64,000 bases of DNA, taken from Nitrospirota bacterium (GTDB taxonomy: Bacteria > Nitrospirota > UBA9217). Shown piece by piece: positions 47,934 to 58,478 of this stretch. A model generated the notes under the pieces. It did not search any database. It was not told where the DNA came from and saw only the letters and a list, made by a program, of their open reading frames with translations. The stretch is from the NCBI GenBank assembly GCA_963840455.1, contig CAWIYV010000011.1, forward strand, positions 320,001 through 384,000, written 5' to 3'. The first letter of the stretch is position 1. Each line of letters begins with the position of its first letter. Made by a program: the position numbers and the translations under genes.

Positions 47934-49640
47934 CTACTCATTTCTTAAACATGAACTTTGTGAATTCTGCGTTTTATCAATCGCGGCAATTTGCAATCCG
48001 AGTACTTTCTTACACTTTGGAAGCTTCTGCAGGTCGGCAATTACATCATGATAATTAAGCGATGTTTTGCTTACTATCTGACGCAATAAAATACGTGCTT
48101 TTCTATTGCTAACTGTCGATTGCAACATAGCCTTGACTAACATCTGACTCCACTGCTTATCGCGAGATGATCAATCGACCTTTTTCCCTCTAAAATTTTT
48201 TACACTTTTGCGCCGTTTATCGTTAGTAGAAAGCAGCCATTTAGAATCATGACGCTTCAATTTTCTATAGATCGATGGGTTCTTTCTAGAAGCTCCAACA
48301 TAACGCTGCTCAGAAAGAGAGTCTATTGTCGCAAGCCACTCCTTTCGCCATTGTTTAATTTGCAATTTCGATACGCTCCTAAACTTCCTTTTCAGTAGTT
48401 GGCACACTCTGGACGCATCCGTACCCATTATTTCCCCGATGGTTCTGAATGTGTACCCTTTTTTTCGCAACCTTGCTGCTTCTGATTTCCACGTGGGTCC
48501 AAACCGAGATATTCGAGCAATTATTGGCATTGCTGCATCTTGAGCATCTGTTTCAGAAAAAATGAAGCAGAACCCGCAATTACACGTTGCAAGCGCTTCG
48601 ACTTCGTTACGGTTATTGGTTCTATAAATGATCATATGTCGTTTCAACGGAAATGGCTCTTTATGATGCGCATATTTGTTGGGACATTTCCAGGGCCCGG
48701 CCGAGAATCTGACTTTATGTGATGTTCTAACTTCAGCTGTATTTTCTAAAAATGTTTGCATTAATGCGTGCGCCGCTGGATTTGCAAGAAATACGTCGTT
48801 AGTGAATAACCTTTTTATCCAATGGCAACTATTGTCAGTTAAATTTAAACCATATCTGGCAAGCAACTTATCGCCGAAATATGTTCTAAAAGCCTCCCTT
48901 ATTTTATTTTGTGAAATGTAAAGAGATCCATCAACGAATCCACGTGCTGATGCCGCCTCTCTATAGGCATTTGTCAATTCCCGCAGATGCCAACGGGTCA
49001 TTGTTCCATTAAGAATCTCTTGGCATCTCTTCGCAACAAGAAAAGCACGTTCCCTTTCTATATTGTTTAATATGGCGCCAATTTGACAGTGCTCTTCCTT
49101 TGCATTAGATGCATTCGCATAGGAGAGGTAGGCATTGTGAACTATGCGACTTTGAGTACTGATTAATTCTTCTCCATGCACAGGACATACTAAAGCACCG
49201 GACAGCTGATGAATTCGATGCCAATATGCTTCACCGTATGACTCCATATCAAGAGCCTTGCATATTTTGCAGAAGCGTAATGTACGCGGAGGTTTCAGCA
49301 AGCCCAAAAAACCTCCGGGCTTAAAGTCGCTTGTTTGCATATTACCTAATTCATAATATTCTTTATACCTAGATTTCCCAACATCATTTACATATCGCGT
49401 ATAGTATGGATACATAGTGTGGTTCTGCAATAAATCATTACTGCTCAGCCCCCAGGCAAGAAATGTCTTTTCCGCCATAATGCTGATGGATATTGGAATG
49501 TGTGCATTAACTGAAGTTAATCGATCAGTCAGCGCTATGCACAATTTACTAGGTACAATGATGCCGGCATGATCAGAGTATCGCGCATTTACGCTATACA
49601 GCAGCTCATCCGGATAAGGGATAGGCGGATATAGTCTCAT
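47934..49640 (-). pseudogene. tnsD: TnsD-family target selector, copy 1, with a premature TGA at 48171-48173
   Basis: PYPDELLYS, FCKIC, YWHRIHQL, GPWKCPN; the frame continues VD*SSRDKQW, aligning with IDWASRDRLW of copy 2. Confidence 0.85.
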
Positions 49641-49650
49641 ATTAATTCCT

Positions 49651-51201
49651 TCAATCTTTTACTTCGATCAGTCCGGCCGATGCTAATGCGTTGACGGCAT
49701 TAGCACCACCGCCTTTTTGTACTACCTCTGCAAGGCTGTCCCCTCCGCTGACACATGGTCCTTTGTCTTTGGCCGTCGCATCCAAGACCATACGAACTGC
49801 ACGCTCAGATGTAAGATCCGGATATATGTCAAATAGCGTGCCCAGAATCTCTTGAGCCTGATCTTCGTCATATTTCATCGCAACCAAAGCACAAGCAGCA
49901 CTCATGCGTTCGTATTCCTGGTCTCTTTTCTTAGCACTCGCCTCTAGCTTCCCTAATTTGGCATCGACATCGACTTGCTTGGACAGATCTCTGATTCCTG
50001 CGTCAAGGAGATCCTGGTAATTGGCAATCGCCTTTCTATTTTTTTTCCTCAAGGCTTCAAGCATTGGTTCAACAAGTTTGAACTTATCATCGGCCACCTT
50101 GATGATTTGTTCGATTGAGATACCTGGTGCCTTTGTTCTAAGGGCGTCCAATTGCGTCAATTGAAATAATCTGACAACAAGAGCATGAATTCCCTGGGTG
50201 CGTTCTCTCATTACCGTTGACAGTTCATCGGTCAACGGCACAAACTTATCGGTCCATTGGTACTTCCAGAGTCCATTTAAAAAAAACTTCCATTCTTTTT
50301 TATCCAGACAATCCCAAATGCAGGTACCGTAATCGCCTACGCGCCTTGCTTCTCTGAATGTACCCGTCAGCATCTGCATGGCGCGAGGAGTTCCGATCGT
50401 TACAACAGGAATTTTCGCATTAGCAAACGCAACGAAAAAATTCAGCATCTTGCTTTGTCCAACACCACTTGCATCAAGCAAATTCTGAATTTCATCAATG
50501 ACCAATACACCTAAATTATGCATTTCAGTAATATTGGCCACACTCGATATTAATTCATCAATCGTTCCTTTCGAACTAACCTGCTTACGATACGAAGAAT
50601 CGAGAAGAGAGTCGAGTTTGCTGAGGATACCAAGAAGCAGCTGCTTGAGACTGCCGTCCAAAGGGCAGTCGGCTTTAAGCCAAACCACCTGGGTAAACTT
50701 GAACCTTGAGTGCATTAAGACCTGTGGCAAAAATGAAAGGGTTCTATCGGCCACGGTTGATTTTCCCACGCCCGAAGTTCCAAACAAAGCAAACGATGGC
50801 GCAGTTGATGGCCCTGACTCTTCAATTGCACAGATGTCGCCATTCATTGCTTTTCGATAGCGCTCTGTTCGACTTTTCCTATATGCAGGATCTATCGGAT
50901 TGCGAAATGCATAACCTGCTCGAACAATTAGATTAATCTTTTCGATAACCTCATAGTGAGATGGCAATGGCTCCAAGTAATTATTGATACGGGTTATAAG
51001 CAATGTTCGATCTGCTCTCGGCAAGAGTCTTTCTGCTGCGGATATCCTGGGAAAGCGACCAAATTTTTCCGAAATTTCATTTGCTTCTACGAATTGCGGC
51101 AGCGCCTCTAATAGGGGATTCCCTTTATGTTCCTTAATCGTAGACTCCTTATAAATGGCTTCCATCATTGCTGAAGGCATCTCGCTATCAGTCTTCTTCA
51201 T
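49651..51201 (-). CDS. tnsC: TnsC AAA+ ATPase
   Basis: GNPLLEALP, Walker A GTSGVGKS, CP.DGS, Walker B IDEIQ, FREARR. Confidence 0.92.
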   Translation of the reverse strand: MKKTDSEMPSAMMEAIYKESTIKEHKGNPLLEALPQFVEANEISEKFGRFPRISAAERLLPRADRTLLITRINNYLEPLPSHYEVIEKINLIVRAGYAFRNPIDPAYRKSRTERYRKAMNGDICAIEESGPSTAPSFALFGTSGVGKSTVADRTLSFLPQVLMHSRFKFTQVVWLKADCPLDGSLKQLLLGILSKLDSLLDSSYRKQVSSKGTIDELISSVANITEMHNLGVLVIDEIQNLLDASGVGQSKMLNFFVAFANAKIPVVTIGTPRAMQMLTGTFREARRVGDYGTCIWDCLDKKEWKFFLNGLWKYQWTDKFVPLTDELSTVMRERTQGIHALVVRLFQLTQLDALRTKAPGISIEQIIKVADDKFKLVEPMLEALRKKNRKAIANYQDLLDAGIRDLSKQVDVDAKLGKLEASAKKRDQEYERMSAACALVAMKYDEDQAQEILGTLFDIYPDLTSERAVRMVLDATAKDKGPCVSGGDSLAEVVQKGGGANAVNALASAGLIEVKD

Positions 51202-53398
51202 TACTGTGTTACCTCCCTTTGTTTGCGTTTGGCTTCGAGTACTGCTAATTCTTCGTCGAGATAATCGTTCCCCCGTGATGCTGGCATTTCCTTCGTAATG
51301 TTGTGAACCGAGTCATTCGTCGCGTCGCTCAGATAGAATGTTTCAACCTTCCGCTGCAAGCTCTTTTCATCGGCTTTGTGCGTCCCGATATTTGCAGTCC
51401 TTTCAGATTTTGTAGCATTTGGATTACGAACGGCCTTTGTCTCCTTTGTTGCTTTGCTGACAATTTCCTCCGTGCGCTTGTCTTTTAAAAGTCTTTTGGC
51501 TTGCTTGCCATCTTCTTTCTCAACCTCGATTCTTTTCTTGTCTAAATCGAGTTCTTCTTCCTCGAATAAGGAAACGCCCAGAAGGTCGCTGCTGCTGTCA
51601 AGTAACCGACAAACCTCGAAGCCTTTTTCCATTTTGGGGTCATGAGCGTAAAGAATACCCAGATTCCGCGGATCATATGAGACATCAATTGTCCAAGTCT
51701 CTTTGCGGGCCTTAGCAAACCACTCTTCGTGAATTGCGGTATCACATGAATAGTAGGCTTTCTTGAAGTTGATGCCCTTCGCAGTGACTCTTGCTGTATC
51801 TCGTGGCATAACGTTAAGTCTTACATTATCGAGTGTCAGTCTTCTCAATTTACCGCTTCGATTCTGTATACCCCACTCCCAGAGATCCAGAGGACATGCT
51901 GTTAACCCCTCTGTGATCATTTCTGCTGGCAGTTTAAGCCCCTCAATCGTTTCTTCATTATGTTCTAGAACCGCCAAAATCACCAATTGTGTAAATTCGT
52001 ACAGATTTAATGTTGCTTTTAGCCGGTAGTCTTCTGCACCCCGCTCATTAAAGTCTTTCTCAACATAGCCGGGTGCAAATGGTCGGAATTTTGCCGGCAC
52101 AATACCAAATCTGCGTTCGACCAGAGCTTTTAAATCGGCCCTGCCTGGACTTGCATTTTCGATATCAATTTTGAGATTTTCTACGATATTTTGACCGAGG
52201 TCCACGCTCATAAGTTCGCCCCGATCTCCCATAAGGCGTCTAGGGGCATCTTGAGAGGGCCATTCATCAGCCTCAATATCTAGGTCATATTGACGGCAGA
52301 ACTCGACCTTGTCCATGACCATGTTCGTGAGCGCCATCATTGCTCCAACCCATGATGGACCTTCAAAACCGACATAAATGCCAGTTATCAGTCTACTGAA
52401 CACATCAATAACAAAATAGATAACTGGTCTTCCGACTATCCTTCTCCGGTCCTTGCTCGAGACCAAGTAAATATCCGCAATAGTAGCATCCACTTGGAAT
52501 CTATCTCCTGGGCCTTGGACATCGCCGTCAGCTCTCCCCGTTATCGGACGCTCATTCTTATCCCAGTTCCTCTGACCATGCCTTCGTCTCCGCTTCTTGC
52601 CAAATGGAAATGTCTTGCTGATGTAATACTGCAACTGCCTTAGTGATGGTTTCTTGTCATTATCGATCTGATAATCTATAATTTTGCCCTTATCATCTTT
52701 GATAGCCTTTGAGAAGAAAATGCGCACCATTCTGTCGTACGCGTCTTTCAAAGTAAACTTTTTCTTTCTCAACCAGAATTCGGCGCCTTGCTTGATCGCC
52801 TTTGTTATGTAATCACCGACTATGTTTACCCCTGTTCTCGTCTTATCCTTCCTAGGCGCCCCCAATTTTACGTCCTCTCTTACCCGACGCACTCGATCGG
52901 GATCCTTTATCGTGCCGCACTTATGATAATCGGGACGGAGCGCCTGATATGTCATGCCGCGCTTCCAATAGCGCCTTAACATGTCAACGATCGTGTCATA
53001 TGAACTGTTAACTTCATTCATTCTTTGGCGTATCAAATTCTTGCGAGAGCTTTTTATGAGGATTAGGCTCTCATTATCGCCATTGATTAATGGTTCGATC
53101 AATTCATATCGTTGCCGGTGCATCGCTTCGTTTTTGGGATTTGCCTTCCCAACCATAAAGCAGTCCCACGGATCCTCAGGCTCAATGAATAACGACCATG
53201 CTCCTGGTTCAATTGGGTTTGCAAATCACCTCTTGATAATTTAAAGGGCCATGAATGGTCATCGATCCGGCAAAGCCATATTGTTGAGCTGAAGGAATCT
53301 ATCGAAACGACTCGTAGGAGAACCTTATTGTTGCTGTCACTCAAGTACTTATCTAGTAGCAACATCCGAACAACTATTAATTTGCCATTATCCTTCAT
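51201..53398 (-). pseudogene. tnsB: TnsB DDE transposase, frameshifted near 53185
   Basis: FQVDAT, GRP.IY..IDVFSR, GDRGE, VERRF; the N-terminal ~70 aa lie in another frame (ORF 53099-53431) and rejoin at IEPEDPW. Confidence 0.88.
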
Positions 53399-54221
53399 GA
53401 TTAAATGCCCCTTTCGCGAGTTCAAACTCACTTATTGGCAGGTCAGAAAGTCTTGATAAGTTCAGATTCGTTAAAATTCGTTTGCACCAAAGAAGGCGAC
53501 GAAGAGCTGCCAGAGAGTCACCTTGCGGGTAGCCACTCTGTTCGTCAATAACACCACAAGCCTTTTTTATAGGAATATAAGGTTCAACTGACTTAATGAG
53601 TGGAATTTCCCGACAGAGTGTTTCATCAATAATCGAATTTTGCCGATTAATAAGATTTGTCTCCTTATCGAATATCCAAGCGAGATTAGATGTAAACTGA
53701 TTCTTTAATTGCTGATCAGTAAGTATCTTCCATTCCACTTTACGGCATTCCCAGAATCGGCGTTCTATCTCGAGTTTCTCGAGTGTGCGTTTATCACTCA
53801 GACTTTCAGCTTGCTTGACAGTCCGAGCGATCAGCTCTGTCCCGTTTTTTGTCTTTACGGTAAGGAGGAAATCAATGGTTAATACCCAGAGAGCTCCGCT
53901 TAGTGGGTCAACTGGATATTTAACACCACAGCGTGCAGCTATTTCTACTGTTTCTCGCCGATCAAGAAGCGGGTACTGTTCACGTATGTCGATGACCCTA
54001 TCATCCCATTCAAAGAGAAGAAATGCATAATACTCATTGTCAGAAAGGAGGTGATGTTGCCTGCTTGCCTTAATGCCAAATGGTCGATGCACGCGGCCTA
54101 ACGAAGGGACATCGGAAACCTTATGCCAAGGTTTGTAGTTCGGACCATCCCCTTTGCCTCGACCTTCCCGGATAAAGCGACGAATGCGCGCTTCAGTCAT
54201 ACTGTATTTTTTTCTCGCCAT
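53388..54221 (-). CDS. tnsA: TnsA endonuclease
   Basis: EGRG.G.G..YKPW, HLLSDNE, DIREQYPL, T.DFL, EKLEIERRFW. Confidence 0.95.
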   Translation of the reverse strand: MARKKYSMTEARIRRFIREGRGKGDGPNYKPWHKVSDVPSLGRVHRPFGIKASRQHHLLSDNEYYAFLLFEWDDRVIDIREQYPLLDRRETVEIAARCGVKYPVDPLSGALWVLTIDFLLTVKTKNGTELIARTVKQAESLSDKRTLEKLEIERRFWECRKVEWKILTDQQLKNQFTSNLAWIFDKETNLINRQNSIIDETLCREIPLIKSVEPYIPIKKACGVIDEQSGYPQGDSLAALRRLLWCKRILTNLNLSRLSDLPISEFELAKGAFNHEG

Positions 54222-54235
54222 GGTGTCTCCTTAAA

Positions 54236-54466
54236 TTATGAGGATTCATTGCATTTTTTCAGGCATTTTGTTAGTGCTTTCATGGCTGCTAAATCGGATG
54301 GTCTGTTAAAACTTATGTCCGCTGCTAAAACACTACGAGTATGCGAATCAACAAGCGTTAACAGCCATGGCCTGCCGAGCTGACCATTATCAGAGACTAG
54401 TTGAATATCGATTCTCGATACATCCAGCAGTAGTTTCCGATCCTGTTTGTTTGTAAGCAAGCTCAT
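54236..54466 (-). CDS. 76-aa protein resembling the first half of a TnsB/rve catalytic core
   Basis: LDVSRIDIQLV...GRPWLLTLVDSHTRSVLAADISFNRPS parallels TnsB VDATIADIYLV...GRPVIYFVIDVFSRLITGIYVGFEGPS; G-rich RBS; ends 14 bp before tnsA. Confidence 0.65.
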   Translation of the reverse strand: MSLLTNKQDRKLLLDVSRIDIQLVSDNGQLGRPWLLTLVDSHTRSVLAADISFNRPSDLAAMKALTKCLKKCNESS

Positions 54467-54700
54467 CACCCCCCCTTGATAATATGCAATTACATACATA
54501 ATTTACATATAATACATACTATTTGTCAACATAAAACATATTTACATGCTTATTAAATTATAACATATTGATTTAATTATTATTTTCTTTATTCTGATTG
54601 CTTATGAAGGACTGATCTTTGACGTTTAAAAGTGTATGAAATCCAATAATAGGTGTTTAATACATATTGTTTACATAGATATTTACACAGAAGAGAAACT

Positions 54701-55453
54701 ATGCTATCGTTGCGTATGCTTAAGACCGCAAGACTATTTTATGGTTATACTCAAGAAGAGCTGGCACAAAAAATTGGCAAATCTCAGCGGTATTACACCC
54801 AGATCGAGAATGGACCATCCAAATCAGCTCCTCTCATTAAGAAGCTTTCAAGTATTCTTCAGATGAAGGAATCTTACTTGGGGTCCTCTGCTGAATACAT
54901 CGAATACCCATTTGTGGCCGATTTTTACCTGTTTTGTTTAACTGAAAAAGAGCTATATGATTTGTATAGAAAGATAGTGGAAGATATATGTTCGAAATCT
55001 GAGTTTGTAGACGTTCTTTTTCTGCTGGTCAGGCCTTCTTTGATTGGCGTAATGCCAAGGCTTGGCGGATATCCCGTAATTTACGTTGCCATCCGGGATG
55101 ACAGGGATACGATCTTTCTTTTTAGGAGAAAGCTGAAAACAAGAAGGTATGCTCTGGCGACTTCCGGAAGAAGCAGCGAAATAGCGGAAGATGCTGTCAA
55201 CATGGATGGTTCAAAGAAGCTGAGTAGTAGACAAGTCGAAGTCAAGACATTCTTTAGGTCTGATACCTTTCGAGATATGTTGCAGTCGATAAAAGGAACT
55301 TATGTTTGTGAAATGACTAGAATGGTTACTGAGGATCTTTACCGGCGTATTGAGGAGGGATCTGTTACGCGGGAAGATATAGTCAAGTTATTCCCAAGCG
55401 TCGACTATTTCGAGAGCATGTACCGAGCACATACCAAGATAAAGAATAGATGA
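54701..55453 (+). CDS. XRE-family HTH protein with an uncharacterised C-terminal domain
   Basis: LKTAR...GYTQEELAQKIGKSQ.YY.QIENG; divergent from the tns operon. Confidence 0.8.
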   Translation: MLSLRMLKTARLFYGYTQEELAQKIGKSQRYYTQIENGPSKSAPLIKKLSSILQMKESYLGSSAEYIEYPFVADFYLFCLTEKELYDLYRKIVEDICSKSEFVDVLFLLVRPSLIGVMPRLGGYPVIYVAIRDDRDTIFLFRRKLKTRRYALATSGRSSEIAEDAVNMDGSKKLSSRQVEVKTFFRSDTFRDMLQSIKGTYVCEMTRMVTEDLYRRIEEGSVTREDIVKLFPSVDYFESMYRAHTKIKNR

Positions 55454-55617
55454 TCCCCTGTTCAGATGAGGACGAATGAGTGTATTCCCAATCCTCTTTC
55501 CTCTGATCCCTCCTGCCACCGGAGTACTGTCGCAAATGAGCTCTCAAGAAAAGACTCAAGAAGGTGCAACTTTTCTTGTTTTTTTTACCAGCCTAGTTTA
55601 TCCTCGACTTGAGTAGT

Positions 55618-55737
55618 ATGAACAATTTTTCTGAACAAGTAAGCTTCATCTGGTTCGTGGCTAATCTTATCAGAGGACTATACAAACCGAATCAGTACAG
55701 GGATGCAAAAGAAGAGATAGTCGAGACACAATTCTAG
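55618..55737 (+). pseudogene. N-terminal remnant of a second type I methyltransferase (HsdM)
   Basis: MNNFSEQVSFIWFVANLIRGLYKPNQY matches the HsdM N-terminal pattern IW..A.L.RG.Y....Y, then stops. Confidence 0.55.
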
Positions 55738-55767
55738 CCTATTAGCAACAATGTGATTTGAGGCTCT

Positions 55768-58476
55768 ATGGTCAAAAGGCAGGCACCTTCTCCCGACAAT
55801 TCTGAATTTCTGACTCGCCGCAAGTTGATCGACCCTAAACTTAACGCGGCCGGGTGGAAAGTCTTGCCTTTTGACTCTTCTCTCTCTCTTGAAAATTCCA
55901 ATAATTGTGCCATTTCTGAATACCCAACAGACAAGGGTCCCGCGGATTATGCACTTTGCGTTGATGGCAAGATTTCAGGATGATCGAGAGCAAGAGATTT
56001 TCTCTCGGTCCGCGGAATATTATGACTACAGGCTGAACGATGTTCTCACGGCGCTACTCAAATCCCTTCAATTTCCCAATAGGTTCCATGTTTCCTTTTT
56101 CTACTTTCTCAAACTCCATCGGTCTGGCATAGTGACGTCCAGCATATCGTTGAATCATTCTCAGCAGTGGACCCATCGTCACCTCCATCTGCTCTACAGG
56201 AGACTTCGAAGCGAATTTTCAACTCGGACCTGTTCACACTTCCGAAGCTCTCGATGGACAACAGCTTCCTACGGCCCTATCAAGTCCATGCAATTCGGCC
56301 ATCGAAAGGCCATCAAAAGTCAAAACAGCCGAGAATGCTCGTGGCCATCGCTCTGAGTACGGGAGAAACCTTTACCTGGTGGATGGGGATTAATTTTGAT
56401 GAAGAATCCGGGTGCTGCCAAGAGGATTCGATTCCTGGCAGATCGGCGTGTCATTGGCGGCCCAGGCAGTCCGTTCATTTGCATCCTTCGAAGCCGAACC
56501 AGGGCTCCAAGTTCGATAGCATTTACGAGGTGTACAGTCAGCGGTTTCAGACTGGGGATTTTGATGAAAGGTGAGAAGTTCGATCCCAAGGTGTTGCCTA
56601 ATAGCTATCTGACCGATCCACAGCCAGGTCATGCCTTTGTATATGTGTCCACGATCCAGCGCATGACCATCAACCTCTTTGGAAGCGGGGGTACATTCGG
56701 AGATGAAGAGGAAAAAGACGACGAAGCATCACAGATAGAGATCCCAAATCATGCGTTTGACGTAATCATTGCAGATGAATGTCACCGAGGATATACCGCT
56801 CAACAGGTAGCTGTCTGGCGCGATACATTGGACCACTTCGATGCCATCAAGATCGGCCTGACAGCCACACCCGCCGCACATACGACGACTTATTTCCGAG
56901 ATGTCGTTTATCGTTATGAATACGATGGCTGGGCCGTGCGCGAAGGCTACCTCGTTGACTACGATGCCGTGACAATTCGTTCTAATATCCGCATGGGTGG
57001 CGCCTTCCTCAAGGAAGGCGAACTCGTAGGTGTTGTTGACACGTCTACCGGCGCTGAACAAATGGACTATCTTGAAGATGAGCGTCAATACCAGACTTCA
57101 GATATAGAAGCTCGGGTCACGGTTCCAGATTCGAACCGTAAAATACTGCAAGAGCTCAAGAAGTACACGGACGAGCATGAGGCCACCTATGGCCGCTTTC
57201 CAAAAACGTTAATCTTCGCGGCAAATGACCTACAGCATACCTCTCACGCTGATCAGCTTGTGGAGACTGCGCGTACCATCTTTGGTCGTGGCGAAGCGTT
57301 CGCTACCAAGATCACCGGAATGGTTGACCGTCCACTTCAGCGTATCCGTGAGTTCCGAAATAGGCCGCAGCCCTGCATTGCTGTCACCGTGGACCTTCTT
57401 TCAACAGGGGTAGATATCCCGGATCCGAGTTTATCGTCCTTCTTCGGCCGGTTAAGTCCAGAATACTATTTGAGCAGATGCTCGGCCGGGGCACAAGGAA
57501 GGGTGTTGCCTATCCGGATAAATCGCATTTCACCGTGTTCGATTGTTTCGATGGTACTCTGCTCGACTACTTCCGGAATTCGACATCCATAACAGCAGCC
57601 TTGCCGGCTCCCAAAACCCGCTCCATCATCGATATCATCGATGACATCTGGCAAAACAAGGACAGGGAGTATAATACTCGCTGTCGTCAAGCGCCTGCAG
57701 CGAATCGAAAAGGAAATGTCCGCAAAAGCTAGATATGATTTTGCCGCCTTTATTCCTGAAGGCGATATGGGGCGTTTTGCTGAGGCGTTGACCGGAAACC
57801 AACAAGCAATTTGCCGAAACTATGAATATCCTTCGCAATCCTGTATTTCAGGATCTCCTCATTAATTATCGACGTGCGGAGAGAACGTTCGTTAAAGGGT
57901 ACGAAGCTCAGGATGTGGTTACGAGTGATCGCCTGATTCACGCCCCTGGCGGCGTTAAATACAAACCGGAAGACTATTTGTCTGCATTCGCTCAATATAT
58001 AGTAGAGCATCGCGATGACAGACCAGGCTGTGCAGATACTTCTGAACCGTCCAAAAGATTGGAATGTTAGCGCTCTTGCAGAACTTCGGCAGAAGCTAGC
58101 AGCAGCACCCATGCGTTTCAGCGAAAAGGATCTACAAAAGGCACATGCCATGACCTTTCATAAGGAGATGGTAGATATCATTTCCATGGTAAAGCATGCC
58201 GCAAAAGCGGAAGAGAGCCTATACACATCCCATGAACGAGTAGAGCGGGCTCTCATGCGGATAACCGGCAAGCAAACCTTTACCTCTGATCAGCTGGTAT
58301 GGTTAGAACGAATACGTATCCATTTGGAACAGAACCTCTCGATTGATAAGATAGATTTTGACGATCAGCCGACTTTTTCTGGATATGGCGGCTGGAGCAA
58401 GGCAAATCGAATATTTAACGACAAACTTGGAGCAATGCTGACCAAGATTACGAAGCTGTTGCTGCATAAGGATTAA
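55768..58476 (+). pseudogene. hsdR: Type I restriction subunit R, multiply disrupted
   Basis: TR..LIDP.L..AGW, ADYAL, LRPYQ, degenerate Walker A, DECHRG, GLTATP, LLSTGVD and QMLGRGTR spread over at least seven frame fragments. Confidence 0.88.
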
Positions 58477-58478
58477 CA

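Noticed and set aside
48171-48173. Selenocysteine readthrough in tnsD copy 1
   Set aside because: The TGA aligns with a Trp in the paralog, not a Cys, and no SECIS-like hairpin is evident; nonsense mutation is simpler.
46199-54221. CRISPR-associated transposon (CAST)
   Set aside because: No cas6/7/8, cas12k or array in the window; both selectors are full-length TnsD.
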